A stretch of 63,628 bases of DNA, counting the filler, from Choristocarpus tenellus KU-1152 (taxonomy: Eukaryota; Protista; Phaeophyceae): NCBI GenBank assembly GCA_964200185.2. It is 9 parts of 9 records of this genome, joined end to end, with 100 filler letters (N's around TTAATTAATTAA, not from the genome) between each part and the next. Parts side by side here need not be neighbours in the genome. Positions count along the whole stretch, not along the records: positions 52,031 to 55,171 come from CAXNAD020022029.1; positions 55,272 to 58,062 come from CAXNAD020024732.1; positions 58,163 to 60,686 come from CAXNAD020027067.1; positions 60,787 to 63,628 come from CAXNAD020024279.1; 5 more parts are not named here. One strand, given 5' to 3'. Shown in pieces: positions 52,107-63,628 of the stretch. The stretch's first letter is position 1; every line of letters begins with the position of its first letter. Position numbers and translations under genes: made by a program. The notes below the pieces were generated by a model. That model saw nothing but the letters and a program-made list of their open reading frames with translations, did no database searches and was not told the origin of the DNA.

Positions 52107-52414
52107 ACTTCGAAGCACATGTAAATTTTAGGTACCATATTTCAAACTTGCCTTTGGAAATAGGCAACAAAAATGGAATTGTTCCCCTGGCTTGTCGCCT
52201 ATAGCTCTACTGTGGTTGATGATAAAATGTTAATCTTGGTCGACTCCTGTTTTCAGTTGTGAGAATAATCAGGGCAAGCCTACCTTGCTTCTGTCAATAG
52301 CAACTGTTAGTGTGACTCCACTGACTGATACAATATGCGCAGTTCAACTGAGTCTCATGCATCCATTCATGACTAGGCAAGTACCAGTATGTCAAAACCT
52401 CTTTAGGAATTCAC

Positions 52415-53646
52415 CTTGAGGGGAAGATTCCACGACCCCTTCAGTCCATCGACCTCCTTCAACTCCTCAGGCGTTAGAGGTAGGATTCTGAGATCAAATA
52501 AAGGAAGGACTGCATACCACAGTCTGCATGCCACCGAGGGTTCGCTCAAATCAAATGAGAGTTCTGTTGCGTTTGTCCGCCCATCCAACGGAATTGCAGT
52601 GAGGTTGGTGAGGGCGGGAGGAGCACCGTTGGTGGATATACCTGGAAGACGAGTCACTGAACTGAATAGACCATTGCTGTTGAATGCCTGAGGGTGGTAC
52701 CTCAAAGGATTCCAGCAAGAACGGGGTAGAGAGAAACAATGTAGGGGTGAACGCCTCATGATCTCGTATTGAAGTGGACAGTTGACTGTGTCTGCAGTGC
52801 ATCAAGAAAGTGTATGTTCTTGCCCTTTCAAGGATAATCTCTACTCGTTAAATGAACATTTTATCATCTAGCTTAGGAATTGGCTTCTCCGTGTGCTATT
52901 GAGACAGTTTGTGTGGCCATTCTTGAGGAACCAACTCTGTACATTTATTACATTTCACTGGCACCAATATGAACACCAGCATGCTGGGTCCTGCGAAGAT
53001 GCAAGGTCTAGTAGTTAGCAAAGTCCTCATCGAATCGCTTCAGCAAGAATCTGCGTTCTTTATTTGATCTTGTGGGCCCCACCTCAATGACAAAATATAT
53101 ATCGTGTGACTGCCCACTCGCTAGTCCCAGGATTTGATGCGCAATCTTTTCACCTCCCTTCACAGGAAATGTGCCTTGGGCAGCAACTGACCCTCGCAGC
53201 TTTTCATGGTCTGATGGTCTAACAATATCCCGAGCGTTTATGGTGCTAGGCGAGACATTCACAGATGAAGGTACCACGACAAAATGAGCAACTCCACTAC
53301 CTGCAGCAGGAAGAAAAATGTGGAATCATGGTTCAGGGCGACGACCCTCGGCGCAGGCTCTTTCTTACCTCAGGGTCTTTCTTACCTCTAAGCGAAACCT
53401 CATAAACTGGTGGACAACGTTACTCTTTTCTCAAAGCGGTCTTAAATTTCGATTTTGACAGATGTCAATCAATATCTCCCAAGCCCCCATCCCGACAATA
53501 TTTAACGCACTCGATTTGACATATAGGGTAAGTGTCAGGGAATCTGTTGTCCGAGGTGTAGCGCTGGCTTGGTGAGGCTGTGCAAGTGATTTCGAGGACC
53601 AAATGGCTGCGAGGAAGACTTCCAAGAGGATGATCCATCTCTGCAT
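52415..53646 (-). CDS. Secreted/cell-surface protein with possible fibronectin-III-like repeats, 5' part; exons 53646-53511, 53300-53083, 52687-52415
   Basis: Signal peptide MQRWIILLEVFLAAIWSSKSLA; in-phase exons; GLASGQSHDIYFV resembles the FN3 GLxPxxxY strand. Confidence 0.7.
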
Positions 53647-54191
53647 CCCTCTCAAGCAAACGGCAAGACCCTGAGGAACTGCCCCACACTACAGACTGTC
53701 CTTCATCCCACTGCGTGTTTCCACAAACAGTTTCACACCTTTATTCAACTTTGTAAGGGTTAGGGTTCGGGGTTTCAAAGAACAAAAAGTCTTACTAAAA
53801 AAATGTGTTGTGTTAAACAAGGTCAACGGTACATTAACGTTGTTTATACCGATACATCGGATGTCGTTCCCAGTTTTCTTGCTTCAAAGCAGGATTAGGA
53901 TTGAAGGTTGTCACCCAGTGGGGACAAGGCTTGGCAGGCCCAAAGAGGGAGTGGCTACAAAGCATTGTGAAGTGCACGTGTGAAGGCTTCCATTGCCTGT
54001 AACCTGCCTGTGTGTAGCTATCTGAAGGCAAACAAGCTTTAGCATTGTTACCCAGTATCTCATTTTGACTCGGTTGGGGAAGGGCATACTCCCAATCACA
54101 TCTTCCTTGGGTCTCTCTTCTCCTCCGAGCATATTAGCTCGATTGCTGAAATAATATGTTCAACTTTCTCTTCCAAGGAAACCTGGGAGAT

Positions 54192-55051
54192 ATGATCGCC
54201 CCGATCAAGTCACCCGAGGCTCAGTTGCTTATCGCGATTCAGAACAGGGATGATAGTAAGGTAAACGAACCCTCCTTGTTTGCAACCATCGACTTGCCGC
54301 CTGCTTTCTATAATTAATCTATGTACCATCGGAGATGATGAGCGTGGCATGGCTTGCTTTTGAAGTTTGTTGAAAGGTCTTGGCGACCAATGACGCCCCC
54401 GATTGAACCGATCTGGTGCTCTGTATTCGACCTATTACAGGAGGTCACGACTGACCCCCAGTATCGAAGGAAGGAGTGCAACCAGAAGGAAATGATAATG
54501 AACAGTGATATTTGGTAGGTCGTTGCTTATTTCTCGCATGATGTACTCTACGGGATACCTCCCACCTCTTGGCATCACCCAGGACTACCTGGCAAATAGT
54601 TGAGGCTAAGTCGTACTTTACTTACACTGGTGTTCAGTTTGCTTCTACCTGGTCAGAGTGAGGTAGGCAGTCCAAATTTATTGCTCGTGTTTTCGTGTTC
54701 TCCCTCAACTAGAAAAACCGAAAAAATTCAGTTCGCCAGTGATAATCGTTTATAACCCCTTGCGAGCTCTAAATTCAATTGGTGAGATGTGCAACTTGCG
54801 AGCTTCCTGTTTTGCCCTCTGACGGACTAGTCTGGAGATTCAATTGAATATCGCCCGCAAGTAGTTCTTCAGCTGAACCATAGTTCGCACCCCGTGACCA
54901 ACGAGTATCTTTTGCCCGTGTTCCTGGTCTCTTTTGGACGACAACCTGACTTGACCTGGGTCGCAAGATGCATGAACTCCTGGAGGTGCAGAGAGTGAGT
55001 GCAACCAGCTGCAATGACAGGGGTGTGTCACCTATGCACATGGCATGCCAG
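54192..55051 (+). CDS. Ankyrin-repeat protein, 5' part; exons 54192-54260, 54968-55051
   Basis: Phase-0 join gives EAQLLIAIQNRDDSK|MHELLEVQRVSATSCNDRGVSPMHMACQ (ankyrin GxSPxHxAC). Not in the ORF track. Confidence 0.65.
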
Positions 55052-55635
55052 GTCGGTAGACTTCCTCTCGTCCAACGCCTTATGGAACTCGGTAAGATAA
55101 TCACCCCCCCGGCCTCCACCCGTACATTCCCCCGGGCGAGATAAATGTCCTCATATTGGATGTGCCTGGTGNNNNNNNNNNNNNNNNNNNNNNNNNNNNN
55201 NNNNNNNNNNNNNNNTTAATTAATTAANNNNNNNNNNNNNNNNNNNNNNNNNNNNNNNNNNNNNNNNNNNNGGGGGGGGGCTAGAGGGGGTTGCGATAAG
55301 TAGAAATTATATAAAATGTGTCAATATATATCCATAGCTCTACTCCCTGTATTGAGATGTTAATATTGAAAGTGAACTTAGAATAAAGCCTTGTATTCCA
55401 TTTGCTACTGTACATTCATTTTGTTGTCAAACCAAACATGAACAACCCTATTAGTATTTAGTGTCTAGTATATAGTATGATGTATATAGTGTATTGTATG
55501 TTGTATGTATATAGTTATAGTTACAGTATATAGTATACCTGAAACTGGTGGGAGCGCCCACAGCTGCCTCCGGACACGCCTGCCAAAATCAAAGTGTGGG
55601 GTACATTTTGTATTTTTCATTTTTGTTGGTGACAG

Positions 55636-58034
55636 ATCCAACATTGGTTACCAGTGCTGTGGCCTATGTCTCTTTCTATCTTCTGGGATGGAGTCCGATG
55701 TTTTGGAGTGCTGGGTAAGTGTCGGAGTGTTTGGATTGTGTGTTTATTGATGGTATACCATTCAGTGTGTGTTGTATTATTAGTCATGATACTGATTTTT
55801 TCATGACATTTTTGGGTTGAGATTTTTGGGTTGAGATTTTTTTTTTGAACTGTGGTGTATGTGCATATAGCACATTTTGAAGTGTTGGCCTTGTTTTGCT
55901 GTTCAAGTATTTATTTTGTTTTTCTGGATTTATAGATGTTTGGAATGGAGATCAAAGAGTTTCAATGCTCCTACAGTTACAGTACACTTTCCATCTTGAT
56001 AAACAACTTGATAAACCATTAATGCATTATCTTGCATTTTCAACGGATTCACCAGACCATTTATGTGTATGATACATTCCACCACTCTTTGAAAGTTGTT
56101 CCACTGTTGAAGATAATATTAATATTGATATTGATATTGATATTGATATTGATACTCATATCGATAAAACTGATACTACTGATAGTACACACTAAGGGTA
56201 CGGGATTAGGGTGCTATCCAATACTCCAGAGTAATAATATTAATAGTAACAATAATACTGTGTTTTGGACGTTATATTCCTTGTCATGGTGTGTAGGAGG
56301 TTGTGAACCTTGCTCAAGTAATGGCTGCAACAAGGAAATCAAGTTTTCAATCAGTCTTCAATCAGTCTTAAATTAGACCTTAAAAACACTGACTATAGTG
56401 CTGGGAAGATTGTTAACTGACTTATTATTGGTGTCTTCGAACAATACTGCCATGAACAGAGTTCAGTTGAACTTTTGTTTTTTGTATAATTTATTTAGCT
56501 TACTTCCCCCAAAGGTTAAGAAGAGTGACAGTCAATAAAACTAGCATCATTTAAAGACATTCCAAGAGTGGCCATCAACTATGGGATGTCTTTTCTTAGT
56601 GATGTCAAGTTTTTTATTTAATTTTTCCAGTATATAGTAATATGTGTGTAGTACTTTGCCATCATCAATGCTTTTTTTATTTTGGAGATCATGGGGGTAC
56701 ATTGTACTCTACTCTCTGTTTCAAATAGTATATCTATAAATATGTCAAACCTTCCTCCCCACTCCATTTGCCATCATTGCACCTGGGTTTGACCTCCTCC
56801 TATAAGCATGCACTTGTGCTCCTCTTCTCATTCTAAACCAAGATATGTCTTGCTTGTCTGCTTGTTTGCCTGTCTGTGGTATTATATGTATGTATGTGAA
56901 TGTATGTATGAATATATGTGTATGGACTATGACTATTGATATGTGTGATGTGAGAAGGTACACAATGTTGGCAGGTACCCCCCTTCCTTCCACTCCTCCA
57001 TCTGAGAGTGATCAGGAACATTTCAAGAAACTCAACCTCATGAAGAAGGTAAGGATGTTGGTCAAGATAATAGTAGCTATTGCTACACACAAAGCTGTCG
57101 ATATGTGTAACTGTTATCATGTTACCCCCCCTTTCCCTTATACCTGCATGATACAGCAGTAATATTAGTAGTAATAACAATAGCAGTAGTAATATCTGAG
57201 TGATGAATTTCCATTTTCCACTTTCTCCATGAAAAAAAAAATGATTTCAAAGGGGTTCGAACCGACGTAATTTCTGGAGAGAATAGCAAAATGGTTTTAG
57301 AACTTACTCTATTCTGGCATGACAGGTACGCTGGAAGGAACCTGCACAGACTAATCTTGGTATGCTCATAAGTACACACAAAAATTCAAAAATCTTTCCA
57401 TTCTCATTCCATCCCACGCACAATAAAGTTCCCCTTGTGCAATTTTTGATCTTACATCCATCATCATGAACAGACACCCACCTGCCTACCGGCATTTTTA
57501 TTTTTTTCAATGTGTAGCTTACAGAAATGTATCTCTTTTCTCTTTTAGGTGGTGGTTATGGGGCAGAGGATCAAAGCCACCCCTACCTTTACGCGGATTG
57601 CCAGTCCCCCTGTTTTAGGGTGAGTGAGACACAAGGGTAATTCAATACATGTTTTTTTATTTTCTAATTTTGGGAGCTACAAAAAAGCACCTTTAATTCA
57701 TTAATTTAATTAATAGGTGATGTATGTCTTGTTAAATGACTAATTTTAAGTGAAGGTTGGTACAAAATTAGTGTGTTTTTTGCTCCCAACAGAAGATTGA
57801 TTGATTCCCCACCATGGCAATGATGTCCTGTACCCTACTGTTTATCACTCTTTTATTATTTCGTACTTTTTATTCTACTGTACCTTTTATTCTACTGTAC
57901 CTTTTATTATATTGTACCGTTTGTACCTTGGTGTCAGGTCCATTGCGGGCATGGTGGTGGGTCTCCTCCCCTGGACTCGTGCGCTGCTTGTTGGATCATC
58001 TGCACCCCTCTCTCCAGTGTTCGATGCAATGCGG
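55636..58034 (+). CDS. Auxin efflux carrier (AEC/PILS, Mem_trans) family transporter, internal part; exons 55636-55714, 56958-57048, 57549-57619, 57938-about 58034
   Basis: In-phase product SAVAYVSFYLLGWSPMFWSAGY...IASPPVLGSIAGMVVGLLPWTRALLVGSSAPLSPVFDAMR fits the PILS pattern PPxxG...GxxP...APL...D. Confidence 0.82.
56117..56156. repeat. (ATATTG)n microsatellite
   Basis: Directly visible. Confidence 0.9.
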
Positions 58035-58169
58035 GCAAGAGTGTTTCTCTTTACCTACCCTCNNNNNNNNNNNNNNNNNNNNNNNNNNNNNNNNNNNNNN
58101 NNNNNNTTAATTAATTAANNNNNNNNNNNNNNNNNNNNNNNNNNNNNNNNNNNNNNNNNNNNAGTAGTT

Positions 58170-58349
58170 AGGTCAAAGAATTTGAGGGGGGGGGGTGTCG
58201 GCGTCCGTCTTTCATCCTATGTTCGATTTTTTCCTTTTTGGTGTAATTTGGTCACACGTGTCGGATTTGAAATATCAGCAAAAATAAGAGTTGTTTGATC
58301 TAAACGGACGCCCCCTTACAAACCACCCCCCTTCCAGATACTTTGACCC
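58170..58349. mobile_element. Divergent MITE related to family A (180 bp)
   Basis: AGGTCAAAGAATTTGA(G)n ... (C)nTTCCAGATACTTTGACCC; same length as 33102-33281 but diverged interior. Confidence 0.65.
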
Positions 58350-61300
58350 AGTTTGGTTGCTTCAAGTGAATGTCAATAACCAACTTTACGGCTCACTCAG
58401 AGAACACACGATGGGGTGCGGGAAAAACTCTCCCTCGGCCGATTTCCCAATCCATACCGAGCCCTCCAACGCCTATCCTCCTATTTTGCCGCGTATGGTA
58501 GCATGCCAGAGATGGGTTGCGTGAAAAACTCTCTCGATCAATACTGAGAGTAATACACAGCACAGGCAACTTCCATCATCTGCATCCACATGGATAGATG
58601 ATTTTTGAAGTTCCAATCGAAGCTCCACTGTACGATTCGTATTCCTGCCTAGTCCCATACCTTCCCTTGATTGTAGTAGTCTATTCCGTAGTCGCATGGC
58701 GAATCCTCTGACCTGTAGGAGGACGATAGGAGTGGAAAGGTCCTCCCGCAAGGTCGTAAAGGGAAAGAAGGGATGGCGGACCTTGCCAGGACAAATGTGT
58801 TTACATGCTTGCCACTTTGAGGTTTTGAACATACATTTGATTATCTGCTCGTTGTTTGACGAATATGCCGTCACACATTCAATGTACACTGTAATTATTA
58901 CTCAAAGGAAACTGTCGCTCACCTTTCGCCTCCGGCTGTGTTTGTCTGCATATCCTGTAGCGTCTTCGTCGTCGTTCTCCTCGGTCCTGTTCCTCCTGAA
59001 GTCGGGGACGGACTCTCCCACTATGCACTTAGCGATAATCAAATTCGGTCATGAGATTGTCCGCCCTCAGCTCTGACTATTTTGCCTTGATCATCTGGAT
59101 CATGTCGTCTTTGGTGGTCCTGCTGGGGGTGACGAGGCCAAGTCTAGGGGACAGCGCCTATGTGGCAGTGTAGACGGACATAGAGATTTATTGCAGCATG
59201 GGTGTGTGGTCTGGATGGGAACATGGGGATATGGTCGATTGGTAGGTAGGTTGTTGTGTCGGTCCTGGACCCAGCTTGAGAGTGGAACTGGACAGGTTCG
59301 TCTTCCAAATCTAACTAGTTGGTGAGTGTTTGGATAAGGCAAACCTTTATTTCCTGGCAAGTCTTTCGTTGCAGGTCCGCCTCCACCACCGGGGCGTATG
59401 TGTGGACGAACTCGTTACATGTGACACGGGTGCTGTGAGAGTCCAACATACAAGGGCACTTCCACATTGGATGAGATTTCCAGTCATACCTCCGTTACAT
59501 GTATCGTCGACACAGGAATTTTTGAAACAGCCCAAGGAACCGCCAGAGGACGGTTCGCTGAGGGGCTCCAGCACGGTCCTCTCGTATCTGTTTTGCATTG
59601 ATTAGTCCAAGAGCGGTTTTTGTGGTCAGTGTAGAGGTTTGAGTAGCGGATCTAACGTCACTAGTGGAGTCCAGCTGTCACTGCCACATATTTAGAGGAC
59701 GAAGTGAAACGGTTTGAGGGCGAGTCCGTTGGTGTGTATCTACAGTGGGTTCATTATTTTGGATACCATTCCAGCTCGTTGTGCTCACACATTCGCCACG
59801 TCATGGGTGTGGTTTGGTATAGAAACTTACAAGAGGAAGGCCATTAAATGAGCACCACTTTCGAGTGCGGCCTCCACTTCTTCTGACCCACATCCTTTTC
59901 CTTTGTCGCAGAATGCGCATGTGCATCTGCAAGTGCGTTGTCCATCATCGCCAAGGAATGTCCTCGCATGTACTTTCTTCCAGTTCTCTCTTAGGTACTG
60001 AACCTGGAGGTCGGTGGTCATGTGGTGAATGCAAACCCATGATCTGTGTTGCGTTGAAGAGTGGATGGAGGGATACCATGGGTTAGCACCCCTTGTGTGT
60101 GGACACACGGATGATGCAGTATGTGACTGGGTACCCTGTGGCGGTTAGGAAACATAGACTTAGCCAATCATCACTGTAGCGTGTGTCCTAAAAATCGAAA
60201 GACTACTTCGGCACACACATTGGCGTGGCCTTTGTGATGTAGAACGGTCTCCACTTCACGAATGTCGACAGACAGGGTATTGTTCCTGACGTCCCCTCCT
60301 GTTCGAATCTCTCCCTGAAGCTGGCGTAGATATCCTCATTTGTCCCAATCTGCGACCTGTTGTCACGTCAGTTGCACCATGTATATGTAGTGTAATGTTA
60401 ACTTTTTGTTGGTCGGGGATGAACATGTTGTAATGATTAATCCATAAAGTGTCGAGGGTGGATATGTGCAATACCTGTGAGGATGACAGTCACTAGTGTA
60501 GAGTACCTCTGAGCGTGCTGTTAGCACAGTGCATCCCGGCAGCAAACTCTCTTGAGTGAAACTTCATACAAAGTTCTTGTCGGGTGCACTGTGTGTGCGT
60601 ACGGTTACCTGTCACTGCCGTGGGTAGGTGGGTAGAGTGCTGGGAGGGCGTGTGCTGTCTGGTTCGCGGCGTCCACGGACATGAACNNNNNNNNNNNNNN
60701 NNNNNNNNNNNNNNNNNNNNNNNNNNNNNNTTAATTAATTAANNNNNNNNNNNNNNNNNNNNNNNNNNNNNNNNNNNNNNNNNNNNGATAGGTACACAGT
60801 GAAATTGACACACAAGAAGCAGATACTTCCTTCCCTGACTTGTGACCTAAATATCATGAAGATGCATCTCCAACACCTCTCACCATGAAGCACCGCGACC
60901 TTTGCACCCCTTCTCTTCTTCTTGCACCTGCATCTCCCACTACTATGTCTTCCTCTCGACATCCTCATCTCTTTGCCTGACATCCCTTAGGCGAAGAGTC
61001 TGATGAGGCCCATTCCTCCTTGGTTCCTGATCTTCAAGCCAAAAAAGGGGTCTGTTCTACAAGAAACAGATAACTTGTGTTGTGTGTTGTAGCTGGTGAC
61101 AACTTAGAAACTTTGGTAGTACACTATATTTGTATAGTATGGCGTATCATCGATAGTAATAGTCAGTTTGAGTCCTAGATCCACATAGTGCTCTACAATA
61201 TATATATTAGGAAACTACTGTTAAAAAGTAAGACAAGAGAACAAATGATGAGCATATTTTCACTTTCAACTCTTACTATCACAACACAATCAATTACTTC

Positions 61301-62069
61301 TCTCTAATAATGTGAGTTTTATATCTGGCAACATATGATCCCATCAATGAATAATATATCTTAACTTTTCGCTGGCAACATATGATACTATACTAACAAT
61401 TTGTATAGTTTTCATTGGTTTCCCCCCTGACATTTGCTAAATTTCAGAGGGCATAATAATAATAATACTATTAATGGATCACATTAACCTATGACATTCA
61501 TTACTATGTCATCCATTCGTGGTCTATTGAAGCACACTATATTCAAGTATTATCAAGTCTTTGAATGGAAGTGGCAGGACATTAAGGTTTGTCAACTTGG
61601 GCTTTTTGCGAGGTGATCAGAACGTTAGTGTGCATAATAATAAAATAGTGCGCATCAAATGTACAAGGCAAGAACATTTTCTTTGCTGTCAATATTTTAC
61701 TTGATTTAGTACGGAAAAGGTCTCTCTAATACATTTTCTTCCACTGTTTTGTTTTTCTGATATCATTTTTGTTGCCTTTTCTCAGTGAGAAGTCTGTATT
61801 GGCTTCTTTAGACTCATTTTTCGATCACTAACTGGTGATATTACCAAAGTAGTACTGCTGTCAGAAAATGGTAATGATGCCTTATATTGTGTGTGGTAGA
61901 TGCGTATAATCTCAAGCCTCTACCAATCAACATCATTGGGGACTTTAAACATCTACTTCCAACCACTCATCGTCCTTCCTATCCCGATTTCTATCCCGAT
62001 CTAGACTTCAATACCTTTACAAATAGAAGTCGTCTACAGAGTAGTTTTGCAGAGTGCTAAGGTAAGTAA

Positions 62070-62900
62070 TCGCTCACTACTCCATTACTTACATCAGCAG
62101 AGATGGTCAAATTTGGCCGTGAAGTTCTGAGGAAGAATTTGTTAACCGATGAGAGGGGAAAGCAAGTTTGCAGTAATCAACGATTTGACTGGGCTGAGAT
62201 GTCCAGAAACTGGAATGCCTCTGTTGCTCTCGAGGAAGAGCAAATCCAAGCTGAACTTCTAGAGGTGGAGAGTAAGGGTGGGTCGAGAGATAAGGGGAAG
62301 CACGTTACATGCAAGGGGGAAGGACTTAGCAACGTAGCAAAAGCCAATGGCAGTAGAGGGAAGCGAGGTCTGTCCCTCGGATGCACCAACAAATAGTTGA
62401 TAGGTCAATCGCAAGACTGGCCACCTTCAGTACCACTGGTCCAAGAACAAGGTCAACATAAAGCTTCATCATGCCAGCAGTTTCGAGCCCAGGTGCGCCT
62501 GAGGTTTCACCTGTTTATTTTTCCATCTAGCAACTACCCAATTCCTCTCTATGGGGATGGCGTTGTACATGTCACTACACTCATTGCCACACCAGTGATT
62601 CTGCGCACTCAACGGGGTGACCCTCACGCGGATAGTCACAGAGGACCAGACACCAGCAACAGCTGGAGGGGAAAGGCAGGGGACAGGTGCTGGTGAGGAG
62701 ATGGTGATAGCTCACTCTACATCACTGGTAGCAAGAATGGAAGAAGCAACACCTGGTGATCCAGTGTATGTGTTGCCTGTGCAGGCCAACAGCACTTTGT
62801 GTACTGTTTGCCTCAATTTTCTTCGGGACTGCCATTACTGGTGCAGAGGCAGCAATACCACTATTTCCGAGTCACCACAAAACCTGCAGCAAATACTTCA
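62070..62900 (+). pseudogene. Disrupted coding relic, possibly the C-terminus of a transposon-borne protein
   Basis: Broken ORFs with PLLTSAE..KF...FDWAEMSRNWN and CTVC...CHYWCRG; no convincing splice structure. Confidence 0.25.
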
Positions 62901-63628
62901 TGGGTAAGACCAATTTTCCAAAGGTGTGGACATATAAGGTACAGGCACGGACACTTTGAAGAAAACCATGGAGTTAGAGCTGCTCAAGAACACACATGAA
63001 GCTGTGATGCGCATGAAGAGGATTGGCAGGTCGCTGATTTCCCCACCTGGCTGCACAACCACATTTATGGGGTGTGCAACTATGCACAATGTACGGCTGT
63101 AAAGGAGGCCTCTGTGCGCACCCTTTCCAACAATTAATCATACATATTGCTGCATATATAATTCAGCTTCTCAAACGCATACTTTCTTGGCAATCAGGTT
63201 CATGTGTGTCCAGTTACCCTCGGTCTTTTCGTGCTGCCTTGCTATCACCACCTGTACTGTTTTCCATCATGCATGCCTCTCCTTCCACAACTCCTACCAA
63301 CAACATCAGCGGAGATATATAGGAACAAAAGCTCTCGCTTTTGACAATTTCCTCAAAGCAAATTTGGTACCGTGCATTGTGAACCCTCACGCATCAGCAA
63401 TACCAGCGGACCGCTCCTCTTGGATTCAACCACTCCCCCCGTTCTCTTGCTCTTACAAGACTTCTCCGCTCTTCCAAGGCTCTCTCCCTCTTCCAAGGGC
63501 CTTTGCTACATCATTCTTCTGCTTGGGCAGGTATATCCAGATGAAACCCATGGCATCATCAACAATCACCAAGGCGTACAGCACCCCATCAAGAGATCTC
63601 AGAGTGAAATTATCTTAGAGGGTACGAG

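Noticed and set aside
46139-53646. Joining the two minus-strand extracellular-protein fragments into one gene
   Set aside because: They are separated by an artificial linker; possible but unsupported.
16290-60786. Recurrent TTAATTAATTAA motif as a biological element
   Set aside because: Always centred in N44 flanks: an artificial contig linker. Adjacency across it carries no meaning, and no further STI1 exons were found after 16389.

Overview
Eukaryotic, intron-rich and transposon-littered DNA, most likely from a photosynthetic stramenopile (brown-alga-like). This is inferred from a bipartite plastid-targeting leader, 0.2-3 kb introns and TTAGGG telomere motifs. The window is not one locus: it is nine contigs joined by artificial 100-nt spacers (N44-TTAATTAATTAA-N44). 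Six partial spliced genes were reconstructed by hand: Z-ISO (-) head-to-head with STI1/HOP (+); a multi-EF-hand protein with a GC-AG intron; a Cys-rich single-pass membrane protein; a secreted protein head-to-head with an ankyrin-repeat gene; and an AEC/PILS-family transporter. Mobile DNA comprises a rearranged Ty1/Copia nest abutting a chromodomain Ty3/Gypsy relic, a G/C-tract MITE family, and decayed CRE- and RTE-like LINEs. The most unusual observation is that the Copia LTR begins with a tRNA-like module (acceptor stem, D-arm/A-box, T-arm/B-box, oligo-T) that lacks the anticodon arm, while the same element's primer-binding site is of the half-tRNA(iMet) type. Short interstitial telomeric repeats are also far denser than chance. 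All assignments come from manual reading and remembered family motifs; no searches were run.
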